The notes beneath the pieces were generated by a model. It was not told the DNA's origin and made no database searches. It saw only the letters and a program-made list of their open reading frames with translations. From a bacterium (lineage in GTDB: Bacteria > JAHJDO01): a DNA stretch of 34,495 nucleotides. The position numbers and the translations under genes were made by a program. Shown here one piece after another: positions 18,913 to 27,837 of this stretch; position 1 is the first letter of the stretch; every line of letters starts with the position of its first letter. The stretch covers positions 1 through 34,495 of the forward strand of contig JAGMBN010000002.1 of the NCBI GenBank assembly GCA_023129655.1, written 5' to 3'.

Positions 18913-21900
18913 AAAAATAATATAGGTGACAATAGAATGATCATCAAAAGAATAATCACATTAGTCAGTATAGCGCTTCTATTTTTCTGCGCAGCAGCCT
19001 TTAATTTATCAGCCGAAGTAGTACAAACCGATACAAGCATAAACAGTTTTAATCCCCCACCAAAAAGCACGTTGAATGTAACATCAGAAGGCAGCATATC
19101 AACCATGCAAGCAGATTCATCAGGCAGAGTTGCTCACTGGAAATTTGATGAAGGCAGTGGAACTGTAGCTTATGATTCTGTTGGTACTAATCATGGAGCA
19201 ATACAAGGTGCCACCTGGGTTAGCGGTGTAATTGGTGGTGCGTTGAGTTTTGATGGCATAGATGATTATGTTAACTGTGGTAGTGATAGTAGCTTAGATT
19301 TTGGTGACGGAACTGATGACTTTCCGTTCTCTTTTGCTGCTTGGCTAAAACGAGATAGTAATACAGTTATTCTTTCTAAATATGATACCTCAAATTATCC
19401 AGGTCCCCTTAGCCAGCAATATTCGCTTTCTGCTCGTCTTAATAAATTCACGGTTAGTATATTTGATACATCTGGAGATTATAGAAAAGGGATAATAACA
19501 ACTAATACATTTGATTTAAACTGGCATCATTTAGTAGCAACTTATGATGGTAGTAGTACAGTTGCCGGGCTTAACTTATATGTAGATGGCATTAAGCAAG
19601 CAGTTGACGTAATATATGATGATCCTCGGTATGTAGCTATGGAAGTTACGAGTGTTTCATTTAAAATAGGATCTTCTATTGATTCAGTGGGAACACATCA
19701 TTTTTTTGATGGCATAATGGACGAAGTCGCAATCTACAATCGCGCACTAGCTCCATCAGAAATCCGACAACTTTATATGAAAGACGAAAAAGGAGTGCCT
19801 CAAAATTGGAGTCTTTCACCGGATGACCCAGCACATCCATGCAACAATTCTTCAGATCCGGTAAATATAACCAACGGTGCTCTGACTAAAGTAGAACGTG
19901 ATATCTATATTCCTGCCAGAGGTATCCCCACATACATAGAGCGGGCATACAACAGCCGCAATACATATGACGGTCCATTTGGTTATGGCTGGACGTTTAA
20001 CTACAATACCAGTTTGACAGAGAATGCCGGCTTAGATGTAACGTGGACAGACGAAGATGGCAGCTTGTTATTCTTTGATGAAGATAACGGCTCTTATGCC
20101 AGCCCAAGCGGCTGTTATGCCACTTTAACCAAAACTGATAATATTTTCACTCTGACCCAAAAACACGGCATCAAGTATATCTTTGAAAATCAGGACACTG
20201 ATGCCAGCACTTATGAATTAAGCAGGATAGAAGACCCCAACGGCAATGCCATAACATTAACCTACAGTGGTGGCCTGTTAACCAAGCTAACTGATCCGTC
20301 CAATCGGGATCTTATCTTTACATATTCAGGCAACAGGATTGCATCTATCGCAGACGCAGATAATAGGACGGTTTTCTATACTTATGACGTTGAAGGCGAT
20401 TTAGTCAAGGCAATAGACGCTGATGGCAAAGAAACCACTTATATTTACACAGGCCACAATATCACTACTGTTACTGACCCGGAAGGACATCAATGGCACT
20501 GGGCATATGATGAAAATGACAGGTGCATCAAACAAACAGATGATCTCGGTCGTGAAATGATCTTTGATTATGATTTTATCTCACGCACAACAACCTTAAC
20601 AAACGAAAAAGGCAATGAGACAATATATGTATTTAATCCCAACGGTTTTATTGACCAGATAACAGATGCGTATGGCGACAGCACAATCTATACATGGGGC
20701 GAGGATATAAACCGCAGCGGTATAATTGACAACAACGGTAACCAGACCAAATTTACTTATGATGAGAACGGCAATCTAATCCAAACAGAAGACGCTTTGG
20801 GTAATATCACAACCTATACCTATGAACCTGTTTATAATTTAGTCGCTTCAGTTACAGACGCAAAGGACAACACCACTACCTACGACTATGACACAAAGAG
20901 CAACCTGACCAAAATCACAGATGCTTTGGGCAATGAGACCGCATTTACCTACGATACCTATGGCCAGATGAAAACCATGACCGATGCCAATAACCACATT
21001 ACCAGTTTTGTTTATGACACTTACGGCAATCTGACTAATACAACCGACGCTCAGGGGAACCCGACCGCTTTCACCTATGATATACTCGGCAACAATACCT
21101 CAATCACTAATGCCAATAACCACACCACGAGTTTTACGTATGACCAATTGAGCAGACTAACGCAAATAACATATCCGGATAATACTAAAGCTGCCTACAC
21201 ATACGATGCTAACGATAACTTAATTACCTTTACAGATCCAAATGACAACACCACTACCAACACCTACAACGAATTCAATCAGCTGTCCGCAGTTACAGAC
21301 GCCTTGGGTCAAACCACCAGTTCAACCTATGATGAAGTCGGCAACCGAATAACTGTAGCTGATGCCAAAGACAATATAACCTCATATGTCTACGATAAAG
21401 TAAACCGCTTAATTAAAACGACAACTGCGCTAGGTAAAGAAAGCAGTTTCACTTACGATCCTGTAGGCAACCAGCTCGCAGTAACAGATGCCAAAGACAA
21501 CACCACAAGCTATACCTATGACTTGCTCAATCAGCTGACCCAGATAAAATATGCTGATAACAGCACAGTAGATTACACATACGACGAGCTTGGCAGAAGA
21601 ACATCCATGGCAGACAGTACAGGAACAACAACATACGAATATGACAATCTGAACCGCGTAGTCTCTGTAGGAACAGGGCTTGCCCCTGTCCGTTACGATT
21701 ATGACAAGGTCGGCAACAGAATCTCCATGACAGATCAGAATGAAGGCGTAACAGGTTATCAGTATGATGAATTAAACAGACTTGTCTCTTTAACAGCTCC
21801 GAACGGCAAGATGACGAATTATTCTTATGATTCAGTTTCCAATTTAACGAATATGAACCTGCCGAATAACACGCAGGTAAATTATCAGTTTGACAATCTG

Positions 21901-24054
21901 AATAGGCTCCTAAATCTGACAAATAAAAAGAATAGTGGAGATAATATCTCCTCATTCAATTATGAATATAACTTAGCAGGCATGAGAAACAAGGTAATGC
22001 TTGCGGATGGAAGCTATATTGAATATGAGTATGATGATTTGAACAGGCTTACAAAGGAAGCAAAGTACGATCCACAGAGAAATGTCCTTTATTCCAATAC
22101 CTACGAATTTGATTCAGCAGGAAACAGGTTAAAGCTGACCAAGCTGGTTCATGGAACTCTGGAAGAGAAAAGTTTTGAGGATGATTTTAACAGGAGAAAG
22201 TTGGGAGATAATTGGCAGGTTGTAGACGGCAGGTGGAGAATAATAGGAAGAAGATGGCTGTTTGGCTGGGCGAGAAACAAGGGTGAAGTTATTTACAACA
22301 GTGAAGACAGCATTGGTAACTTTGAAGCGGAAGTGGACCTTAGCAGAATATATTTGAGGTATAAAAGAGCTCAGTTGGCAGGTATCAGTTATCAGGGGGC
22401 AGAAGGAAGAAGAGTTGCAGGAGTAAAAGGAGAGTTAAAGAAGTATCTGGAGAAGAAGAAAGTCAAGAGAACGATAATTATATGGAAATGGAAGAAGGTA
22501 AAAATCTGGAGATGGTACAGATGGGTCAGGTATCCAGTAAAGAAAACATACTGGAGATGGAAATATCATTGGAGAATTAAGAGGCAGGTTAGTTATGTAT
22601 TAGGACATTATGAAGAAAGCACTCTTGTTGAGGATGCTGTATTTACAGAAAAGACAAAGAGACCTGTATTTAGTAAGAGAATAAAGGTAAAGGTAGAGGA
22701 TGAAAAGGCGGAACTGTTTGCGAAAGAGAACGGAGATTGGGTAAAAAAGATTGAGTTTGTATATCCAAGCACAGAAGATGGAAAAGTTGGGTTATTTGTT
22801 CATGGCAAAAGAGTTGCATATGCAAGGTTTGATAATTTTAAACTGACATATCAGGTCGGGACTCTGCCACAGGAAGAAATCATCAACTACGCTTACAATG
22901 AAGAGAATCAGCTTCTTACCGTTGACAACGGACAGGGGCAAGCCCTGTCCCTACAATACGATGACAATGGAAATCTAGTAAAAAAAGATGATAGTCAAGG
23001 TGCAATAGATTATTCGTGGGATTATGAGAATAGATTGGTTGGCATAGATTATTTGGATGGAAGTTCTGATAGTTACACTTACGATGGAGTAGGTAAGCGA
23101 ATACAAACGAGTGAGGACGGAATTGTTACTAATTACTTGTATGACGGATTGAATTGTATAATTGAGCAGGACAATACAGGTCTAACAACTGCTAGTTATG
23201 TGCGTGGATTAGGATATAGCGGAGGGATTGGGTCGATAGTTAGTAAGCAGACACCAGTAAACGGTAAACAGTATTACTATTATGATGGAATAGGCAATGT
23301 TGTCAATCTTGCTGACAACTGTGGACTGACAACTGATAACTTTGCTTACGACGCATACGGCAATATTCTTAATAGTGCAATCCCAAATCCGCATGGCTTC
23401 TCAACAAAAGAATATTCTCGTCGGTCAGGATTAAGCTATTTTGGCGCTCGCTATTATGACTCTCGGATTGGCAGATGGACGCAGCCGGATCCATTAGGCA
23501 TGGTAAACGGTCCGAATTTGTATCTATATGTGAATAACAACCCGATTAACAACATAGATCCTCATGGTCTTATGCTCAGGAGGCTTAAGAATCTTTGGGA
23601 TATTAGTGGATTTGGAAGGGCTAGAAAAAGCTCCTTTAGAATTAGAACTACTGTTGTCACAAAAACTAATGCCACAGGAGGAAAAGCTTCCCAAAAGACG
23701 AAAGGATGTAGCACCAAGTCAACAAGTAGTAGTAAAGCGTATTGGAAAGGATTTGGTGGGAGTCTGAAAGATCAAGCATGGTCAATGACACATCCGTTTG
23801 CTTCAGGAGCATACAAAAAGAGCGCATTAGGACAATCTGCAGGTGCTGGTCGTTTTACTAAGTACGGAACAAGAGTCGCTATGGGAACAGCGGGAGTTGC
23901 TACAGCTGGTTATTTCGCAGCTCCTTATATAATAAAGAAAATTGCCCCTCTCTTAATTGTAGGAGCTATGGAACTGGCAACAGGAACAATGCCTCCTGTT
24001 GTTTATACGATAAGCAATCAAGTACGAACTGTAATACAAATGGTTATTAAATGA
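18892..24054 (+). CDS. RHS/YD-repeat polymorphic toxin with signal peptide, LamG-like lectin domain, an intra-shell jelly-roll insert and an unassigned C-terminal toxin tip
   Basis: 1720-aa ORF. The signal peptide is MIIKRIITLVSIALLFFCAAAFNLSAEV; the native start is possibly M16 at 18937. The LamG-like region (about 19126-19776) includes ALSFDGIDDYV...WHHLVATYDG...LYVDG...FDGIMDEVAIYNRAL. Dozens of YD repeats follow (e.g. YTYDANDNLITFTD). The RHS core ends YFGARYYDSRIGRWTQPDPLG...YLYVNNNPINNIDPHGL at 23557-23571, followed by a 160-aa tip at 23572-24051. Confidence 0.9.
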   Translation: MKVSKFRKNNIGDNRMIIKRIITLVSIALLFFCAAAFNLSAEVVQTDTSINSFNPPPKSTLNVTSEGSISTMQADSSGRVAHWKFDEGSGTVAYDSVGTNHGAIQGATWVSGVIGGALSFDGIDDYVNCGSDSSLDFGDGTDDFPFSFAAWLKRDSNTVILSKYDTSNYPGPLSQQYSLSARLNKFTVSIFDTSGDYRKGIITTNTFDLNWHHLVATYDGSSTVAGLNLYVDGIKQAVDVIYDDPRYVAMEVTSVSFKIGSSIDSVGTHHFFDGIMDEVAIYNRALAPSEIRQLYMKDEKGVPQNWSLSPDDPAHPCNNSSDPVNITNGALTKVERDIYIPARGIPTYIERAYNSRNTYDGPFGYGWTFNYNTSLTENAGLDVTWTDEDGSLLFFDEDNGSYASPSGCYATLTKTDNIFTLTQKHGIKYIFENQDTDASTYELSRIEDPNGNAITLTYSGGLLTKLTDPSNRDLIFTYSGNRIASIADADNRTVFYTYDVEGDLVKAIDADGKETTYIYTGHNITTVTDPEGHQWHWAYDENDRCIKQTDDLGREMIFDYDFISRTTTLTNEKGNETIYVFNPNGFIDQITDAYGDSTIYTWGEDINRSGIIDNNGNQTKFTYDENGNLIQTEDALGNITTYTYEPVYNLVASVTDAKDNTTTYDYDTKSNLTKITDALGNETAFTYDTYGQMKTMTDANNHITSFVYDTYGNLTNTTDAQGNPTAFTYDILGNNTSITNANNHTTSFTYDQLSRLTQITYPDNTKAAYTYDANDNLITFTDPNDNTTTNTYNEFNQLSAVTDALGQTTSSTYDEVGNRITVADAKDNITSYVYDKVNRLIKTTTALGKESSFTYDPVGNQLAVTDAKDNTTSYTYDLLNQLTQIKYADNSTVDYTYDELGRRTSMADSTGTTTYEYDNLNRVVSVGTGLAPVRYDYDKVGNRISMTDQNEGVTGYQYDELNRLVSLTAPNGKMTNYSYDSVSNLTNMNLPNNTQVNYQFDNLNRLLNLTNKKNSGDNISSFNYEYNLAGMRNKVMLADGSYIEYEYDDLNRLTKEAKYDPQRNVLYSNTYEFDSAGNRLKLTKLVHGTLEEKSFEDDFNRRKLGDNWQVVDGRWRIIGRRWLFGWARNKGEVIYNSEDSIGNFEAEVDLSRIYLRYKRAQLAGISYQGAEGRRVAGVKGELKKYLEKKKVKRTIIIWKWKKVKIWRWYRWVRYPVKKTYWRWKYHWRIKRQVSYVLGHYEESTLVEDAVFTEKTKRPVFSKRIKVKVEDEKAELFAKENGDWVKKIEFVYPSTEDGKVGLFVHGKRVAYARFDNFKLTYQVGTLPQEEIINYAYNEENQLLTVDNGQGQALSLQYDDNGNLVKKDDSQGAIDYSWDYENRLVGIDYLDGSSDSYTYDGVGKRIQTSEDGIVTNYLYDGLNCIIEQDNTGLTTASYVRGLGYSGGIGSIVSKQTPVNGKQYYYYDGIGNVVNLADNCGLTTDNFAYDAYGNILNSAIPNPHGFSTKEYSRRSGLSYFGARYYDSRIGRWTQPDPLGMVNGPNLYLYVNNNPINNIDPHGLMLRRLKNLWDISGFGRARKSSFRIRTTVVTKTNATGGKASQKTKGCSTKSTSSSKAYWKGFGGSLKDQAWSMTHPFASGAYKKSALGQSAGAGRFTKYGTRVAMGTAGVATAGYFAAPYIIKKIAPLLIVGAMELATGTMPPVVYTISNQVRTVIQMVIK

Positions 24055-24527
24055 AAGAGTATAGATACTCAACTATAGAAAAAGTAAAACTTGTAATAAT
24101 GGACATAGTGGTTCAAATAATAGTTGGTGCTTTTTGTCTCCTTCTTAGCCAAATTTATCTTCTTAAATATATTATATGGATACCTTTTGCATGGCTAGCC
24201 TATCATTCATTTAGGTTAACTAGTATTACATTTACGATTATCTTTAAGACAGATGATGTTGGATTAACACTAATGCGTAATAAAGACAAGATGAAAATTG
24301 CTTGGGAAGAGATTGAAAAGATTAATATAACCAGACGAAGAGGAGAGATAGTAAGGCTTGATATTTTTCATAGAATTTTGAAAAAACGGGTGCTTATAGA
24401 CGATGGTTTTAAAAACTATAAAGAGTTGTTTGAGACCATATTGATCAATGTGAAAAAAAAGAACAATAAGGTTGTTATTGTTGAAAAAACAGAAGACCTT
24501 TTTCATAAGGGAAAAAATAAATGCTAG
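24051..24527 (+). CDS. Putative cognate immunity protein (two transmembrane helices plus a small soluble domain)
   Basis: 158-aa ORF. Its start overlaps the RHS stop (ATGA). Hydrophobic stretches are LVIMDIVVQIIVGAFCLLLSQIYLL and IIWIPFAWLAYHSF. The position immediately 3' of an RHS toxin tip is the classical immunity location. No recognisable family. Confidence 0.55.
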   Translation: MKEYRYSTIEKVKLVIMDIVVQIIVGAFCLLLSQIYLLKYIIWIPFAWLAYHSFRLTSITFTIIFKTDDVGLTLMRNKDKMKIAWEEIEKINITRRRGEIVRLDIFHRILKKRVLIDDGFKNYKELFETILINVKKKNNKVVIVEKTEDLFHKGKNKC

Positions 24528-24576
24528 AAAGTAGCTTAGCATTAAAACTTGAAGATTTTGAAGAAAGAATAATGGA

Positions 24577-27000
24577 ATGAAATATATGCGTAAGTTATTA
24601 TTTACACTTAAAATTATTATAATACTTGTAATTATAGCCGTTGGATATGTTGGAGTCCGATTCCTTACTAAGTGTATGTATAAACCTGACAAAAAAGAAG
24701 GAAGTTATTTTCTTGGTAAAGTTGGAGATAGAATAATCACTTATCATTTGGACGAAAAAGGATCGCCTCAAAATGAAAGCCTGCCGCCGGACGACCCTGC
24801 TTATCCATGCAATAACGAATCCAGTATGGTGAATATAACCAACGTAGCTCTAACTAAAGTAGAACGCGATATCTATATCCCGGCCAGAGGCATACCAGCA
24901 TACATAGAGCGGGCATACAACAGTCGCAGTACATGTGACGGTCCCTTTGGTTACGGCTGGACGTTTAATTACAATACCAATTTAACTGAAAGAGCAGACT
25001 TAGACATAACATGGATGGACGAAGACGGAAGTCAGCTATTCTTCAATAAAGATAATGGCGTCTATACCAGCCCAAGTGGCTGTTATACTGTCTTAACCAA
25101 AACCGGCAATATTTTCACTCTGACCCGAAAACACGGCATTAAGTATATCTTTAAAAACAAGGATGCCGATGCAGAAACTTATGAACTGATCAAGATAGAA
25201 GATCCTAACGGCAATGCTATAACCTTAACCTACAACGTCGGTTTGTTAACTAAAGTAACTGACACAGCCGGAAGGGATATTGCCTTTACCCATTCAGGTA
25301 GCAGGATAACATCTGTCACAGACGCAGATAACAAGACGGTTTTCTATACTTATGATGTTGATGGCAATTTAATCAAGGTAACAGACCTTGACGGCAAAGA
25401 AACCACTTATATCTACACAGACCGCAATATCACTACCATCACTGACCCGAGAGGCTATCAATGGCACTGGATCTATGATGAAAATGACAGATGCATCAAG
25501 CAGATAGATGATCTGGGCAGGGAAATAACCTTTGATTACGATTTTACCTCGCGCACAACAACCTTAACAAATGAAAGAGGTAATGAGGCAATATATGTAT
25601 TTAATCCTAACGGTTTTATTGACAAGATAACTAGTGTCTATGGCGACAGCACAATTTATACATGGGACGATAATATAAATCGAACAGGTGTAATTGACAA
25701 CAACGGAAATCAGACCAAATTTACTTATGATGAAAACGGCAATTTAACCAAAACAGAAGATGCTTTAGGCAACATCACAACTTACACCTATGAACCTGTT
25801 TACAATTTAGTCACTTCAGTTACGGATGCAAAGGGCAACACCATTGCCTACGACTATGATGCAAATGGCAACCTGACCAAAATCATAGATGTTTTGAGTA
25901 ATGAGACCACCTTTACTTACGATATTTATGGTCAGATGAAAACTATGACCGACGCCAATAATAGCACGACCAATTTCGTTTATGACACTTACGGCAACCT
26001 GACTAATACAACCGACGCTCAGGGGAACCCGACCACTTTTACCTATGATATACTCGGCAATAATACCTCAATCACTAATGCCAATAACCATACTACGAGT
26101 TTTACATATGACCAATTGAGCAGACTAACGCAAATAACATATTCTGATAATACTAAAACTACCTACACATACGACACTAACGATAACTTAATCACCTTTA
26201 CAGACCCCGATAACAATACCACTACCAACACCTACAACGAATTTAATCAGATGTCCGCAGTTACAGATGCATTAGGTCAGACCACAAGCTCTACCTATGA
26301 TGAAGTAGGCAACCGAATAGCTGTTACTGATGCAAAAGGGAATATAACCTCATACGCTTATGACAAAGTAAACCGCTTAATTAAAACAACAACTCCTTTA
26401 GGCAAAGAAACCAGATTCGCTTACGACGCTGTAGGTAACAAGACCGCAGTAACCGATGTAAAAGGCAATGTCACATCATATACTTATGACTTACTCAATC
26501 AGTTAATTCAGATAAAATATGCCGATAGCACTACTGTAGATTACACATATGATGAGCTTGGCAGAAGAACGTCTATGACAGACAGCACAGGAACAACAAC
26601 TTATGAATATGACAATCTAAGCAGACTAACAAAGGAAATAGCATCGTCAGGGAAGTGGATAGCTTATACATATGATGCTATGGGTAACAGAGTGTCAATG
26701 ACAGACACAACAGGAACAACCAGTTATGAATATGACAATTTAAGTAGACTAACAAAGGAAATAACATCGTTAGGGAAGTGGATAGCTTGTACCTACGATG
26801 CGGTCAGCAACAGAGTGTCAATGACAGATCAGAACGGAGTGGTAACAACGTATCAGTATGATGAATTAAACAGACTTCTCTCTCTAACAGCTCCGGATGG
26901 CAAAGTAACAACTTACAAGAGGGAAAAGTGGACAGACACCTTTTTTGAAGGTAAACTAAATGACACAAAGCAATTTAGCATTAAAACCAGAATGGAATGA
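24577..27000 (+). CDS. Truncated RHS/YD-repeat paralog (N-terminal TM anchor plus shell repeats; no LamG, no RHS core, no toxin tip)
   Basis: 807-aa ORF. From 24751 to about 26916 it is collinear and highly similar to 19783-21822 of the large RHS gene. It lacks the DPxGL core. Its stop (26998-27000) is 3 nt before the rpmC ATG. Confidence 0.8.
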   Translation: MKYMRKLLFTLKIIIILVIIAVGYVGVRFLTKCMYKPDKKEGSYFLGKVGDRIITYHLDEKGSPQNESLPPDDPAYPCNNESSMVNITNVALTKVERDIYIPARGIPAYIERAYNSRSTCDGPFGYGWTFNYNTNLTERADLDITWMDEDGSQLFFNKDNGVYTSPSGCYTVLTKTGNIFTLTRKHGIKYIFKNKDADAETYELIKIEDPNGNAITLTYNVGLLTKVTDTAGRDIAFTHSGSRITSVTDADNKTVFYTYDVDGNLIKVTDLDGKETTYIYTDRNITTITDPRGYQWHWIYDENDRCIKQIDDLGREITFDYDFTSRTTTLTNERGNEAIYVFNPNGFIDKITSVYGDSTIYTWDDNINRTGVIDNNGNQTKFTYDENGNLTKTEDALGNITTYTYEPVYNLVTSVTDAKGNTIAYDYDANGNLTKIIDVLSNETTFTYDIYGQMKTMTDANNSTTNFVYDTYGNLTNTTDAQGNPTTFTYDILGNNTSITNANNHTTSFTYDQLSRLTQITYSDNTKTTYTYDTNDNLITFTDPDNNTTTNTYNEFNQMSAVTDALGQTTSSTYDEVGNRIAVTDAKGNITSYAYDKVNRLIKTTTPLGKETRFAYDAVGNKTAVTDVKGNVTSYTYDLLNQLIQIKYADSTTVDYTYDELGRRTSMTDSTGTTTYEYDNLSRLTKEIASSGKWIAYTYDAMGNRVSMTDTTGTTSYEYDNLSRLTKEITSLGKWIACTYDAVSNRVSMTDQNGVVTTYQYDELNRLLSLTAPDGKVTTYKREKWTDTFFEGKLNDTKQFSIKTRME
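26575..26820 (+). repeat. Tandem duplication, 2 x 123 nt, inside the RHS paralog
   Basis: Units at 26575-26697 and 26698-26820 encode MTD(S/T)TGTT.YEYDNLSRLTKEI.S.GKWIA.TYDA..NRVS twice. The large RHS gene has a single equivalent unit. Confidence 0.85.
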
Positions 27001-27002
27001 GG

Positions 27003-27024
27003 AATGAAGGTTAGTAAGTTTAGA
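27003..27024 (+). repeat. Right copy of the perfect 22-bp direct repeat (the authentic rpmC start)
   Basis: Identical to 18891-18912. Confidence 0.9.
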
Positions 27025-27231
27025 GATATGACGAATACAGAATTGGATCAAGAACTTGTTAATTTAAAACAGGAAATATTTAATTTGAATGTTCGTTCAG
27101 CTACAGGGCAATTGGAGGATCCAAAAAGGATTGGACGATTAAGAAAGGATATAGCAAGAATTAATACTGTCCTGCGAGAGAGACAGATAGAGGAAGAGAA
27201 AAGTGAAAAGGGTTCAAAAAGTGAAGATTAA
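27004..27231 (+). CDS. rpmC: 50S ribosomal protein L29
   Basis: 75-aa ORF with [47 protein letters not shown]. Confidence 0.95.
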   Translation: MKVSKFRDMTNTELDQELVNLKQEIFNLNVRSATGQLEDPKRIGRLRKDIARINTVLRERQIEEEKSEKGSKSED

Positions 27232-27463
27232 AGTAGGTGTTGTTGTTAGTGATAAGATGGATAAGACAGTTGTTGCTTTAGTGGAAAGGCTGGTTTTACA
27301 TTCGGTTTATAAACGAAGAGTGAAGAAATTCAGCAGGTTTAAAGCGCACGATAAGGACAACTCTGCGCATACAGGCGATAGAGTGGAAATTAAGGAAACC
27401 AGACCCTTAAGCAAAGATAAAAGATGGTATATTTCAAAGATTATAGAAAGGTCTAAGAGCTAA
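27203..27463 (+). CDS. rpsQ: 30S ribosomal protein S17
   Basis: 86-aa ORF with a GTG start (alternative GTG at 27221); [19 protein letters not shown]...[18 protein letters not shown]. Confidence 0.93.
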   Translation: MKRVQKVKIKVGVVVSDKMDKTVVALVERLVLHSVYKRRVKKFSRFKAHDKDNSAHTGDRVEIKETRPLSKDKRWYISKIIERSKS

Positions 27464-27465
27464 AT

Positions 27466-27834
27466 ATGATACAAGCGCAAACGATTCTCAATGTAGCTGA
27501 TAATTCAGGAGCAAAGAGGTTAATGTGCTTTAAGGTATTAGGAGGCACACGCAGAAGATATGCCAGCATAGGCGATATTGTAGTAGCGTCTGTAAAAGAG
27601 TCAACACCTGATGGCGCTGTTAAAAAAGGAGAGGTAGTAAAAGTTGTTATTGTGCGGACAAGAAAAGAGATCAGAAGAGAAGATGGTTCATATATAAAGT
27701 TTGACAAAAATGCAGGTGTTATAATTGACGCGCAAAAGAATCCGGTTGGAACAAGGATTTTCGGGCCAGTTGCCAGAGAATTGCGAGATAAAGGTTTTTC
27801 TAAAATTATCTCATTAGCTCCGGAGGTTATTTGA
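27466..27834 (+). CDS. rplN: 50S ribosomal protein L14
   Basis: 122-aa ORF with [27 protein letters not shown]. Confidence 0.97.
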   Translation: MIQAQTILNVADNSGAKRLMCFKVLGGTRRRYASIGDIVVASVKESTPDGAVKKGEVVKVVIVRTRKEIRREDGSYIKFDKNAGVIIDAQKNPVGTRIFGPVARELRDKGFSKIISLAPEVI

Positions 27835-27837
27835 AAA

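Larger units (their letters stand above)
18891..27024 (+). other. Accessory island B: 8.1-kb RHS toxin island between rplP and rpmC, bounded by 22-bp direct repeats
   Basis: rplP and rpmC are normally adjacent or overlapping. Deleting one repeat plus the intervening 8090 bp would recreate a canonical rplP-TAATG-rpmC junction. No integrase or transposase ORF is visible. Confidence 0.75.

Noticed and set aside
21527-21955. 142-aa minus-strand ORF inside the RHS gene
   Set aside because: It lies opposite a continuous YD-repeat reading frame, and its sequence is Cys/Leu/Ser-rich shadow.
22482-22583. Alternative frame of the Trp-rich segment encodes an acidic peptide (MEMEEGKNLEMVQMGQ...)
   Set aside because: The main frame is uninterrupted for 1720 codons and re-enters recognisable RHS core downstream, so the Trp/Lys/Arg reading is the encoded one. 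The acidic frame ends at a stop after about 33 codons. Only a frameshift error could make it relevant.
23564-23767. 67-aa alternative-frame ORF starting at the RHS core/tip boundary
   Set aside because: It overlaps the in-frame toxin tip of the 1720-aa ORF. Nothing supports an internal start, although it begins close to the DPHGL cleavage site.
24520-24543. AATGCTA...TAGCATT 7-bp inverted repeat spanning the immunity gene stop as a terminator
   Set aside because: It has a 10-nt loop, an AT-rich stem and no following T-run. It is unlikely to terminate efficiently, and downstream genes need read-through.
24577-27000. Interpreting the second RHS ORF as a classical orphan toxin/immunity cassette
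   Set aside because: It lacks the RHS core, the DPxGL motif, any C-terminal tip and a downstream immunity gene. It is a 5' shell fragment instead.
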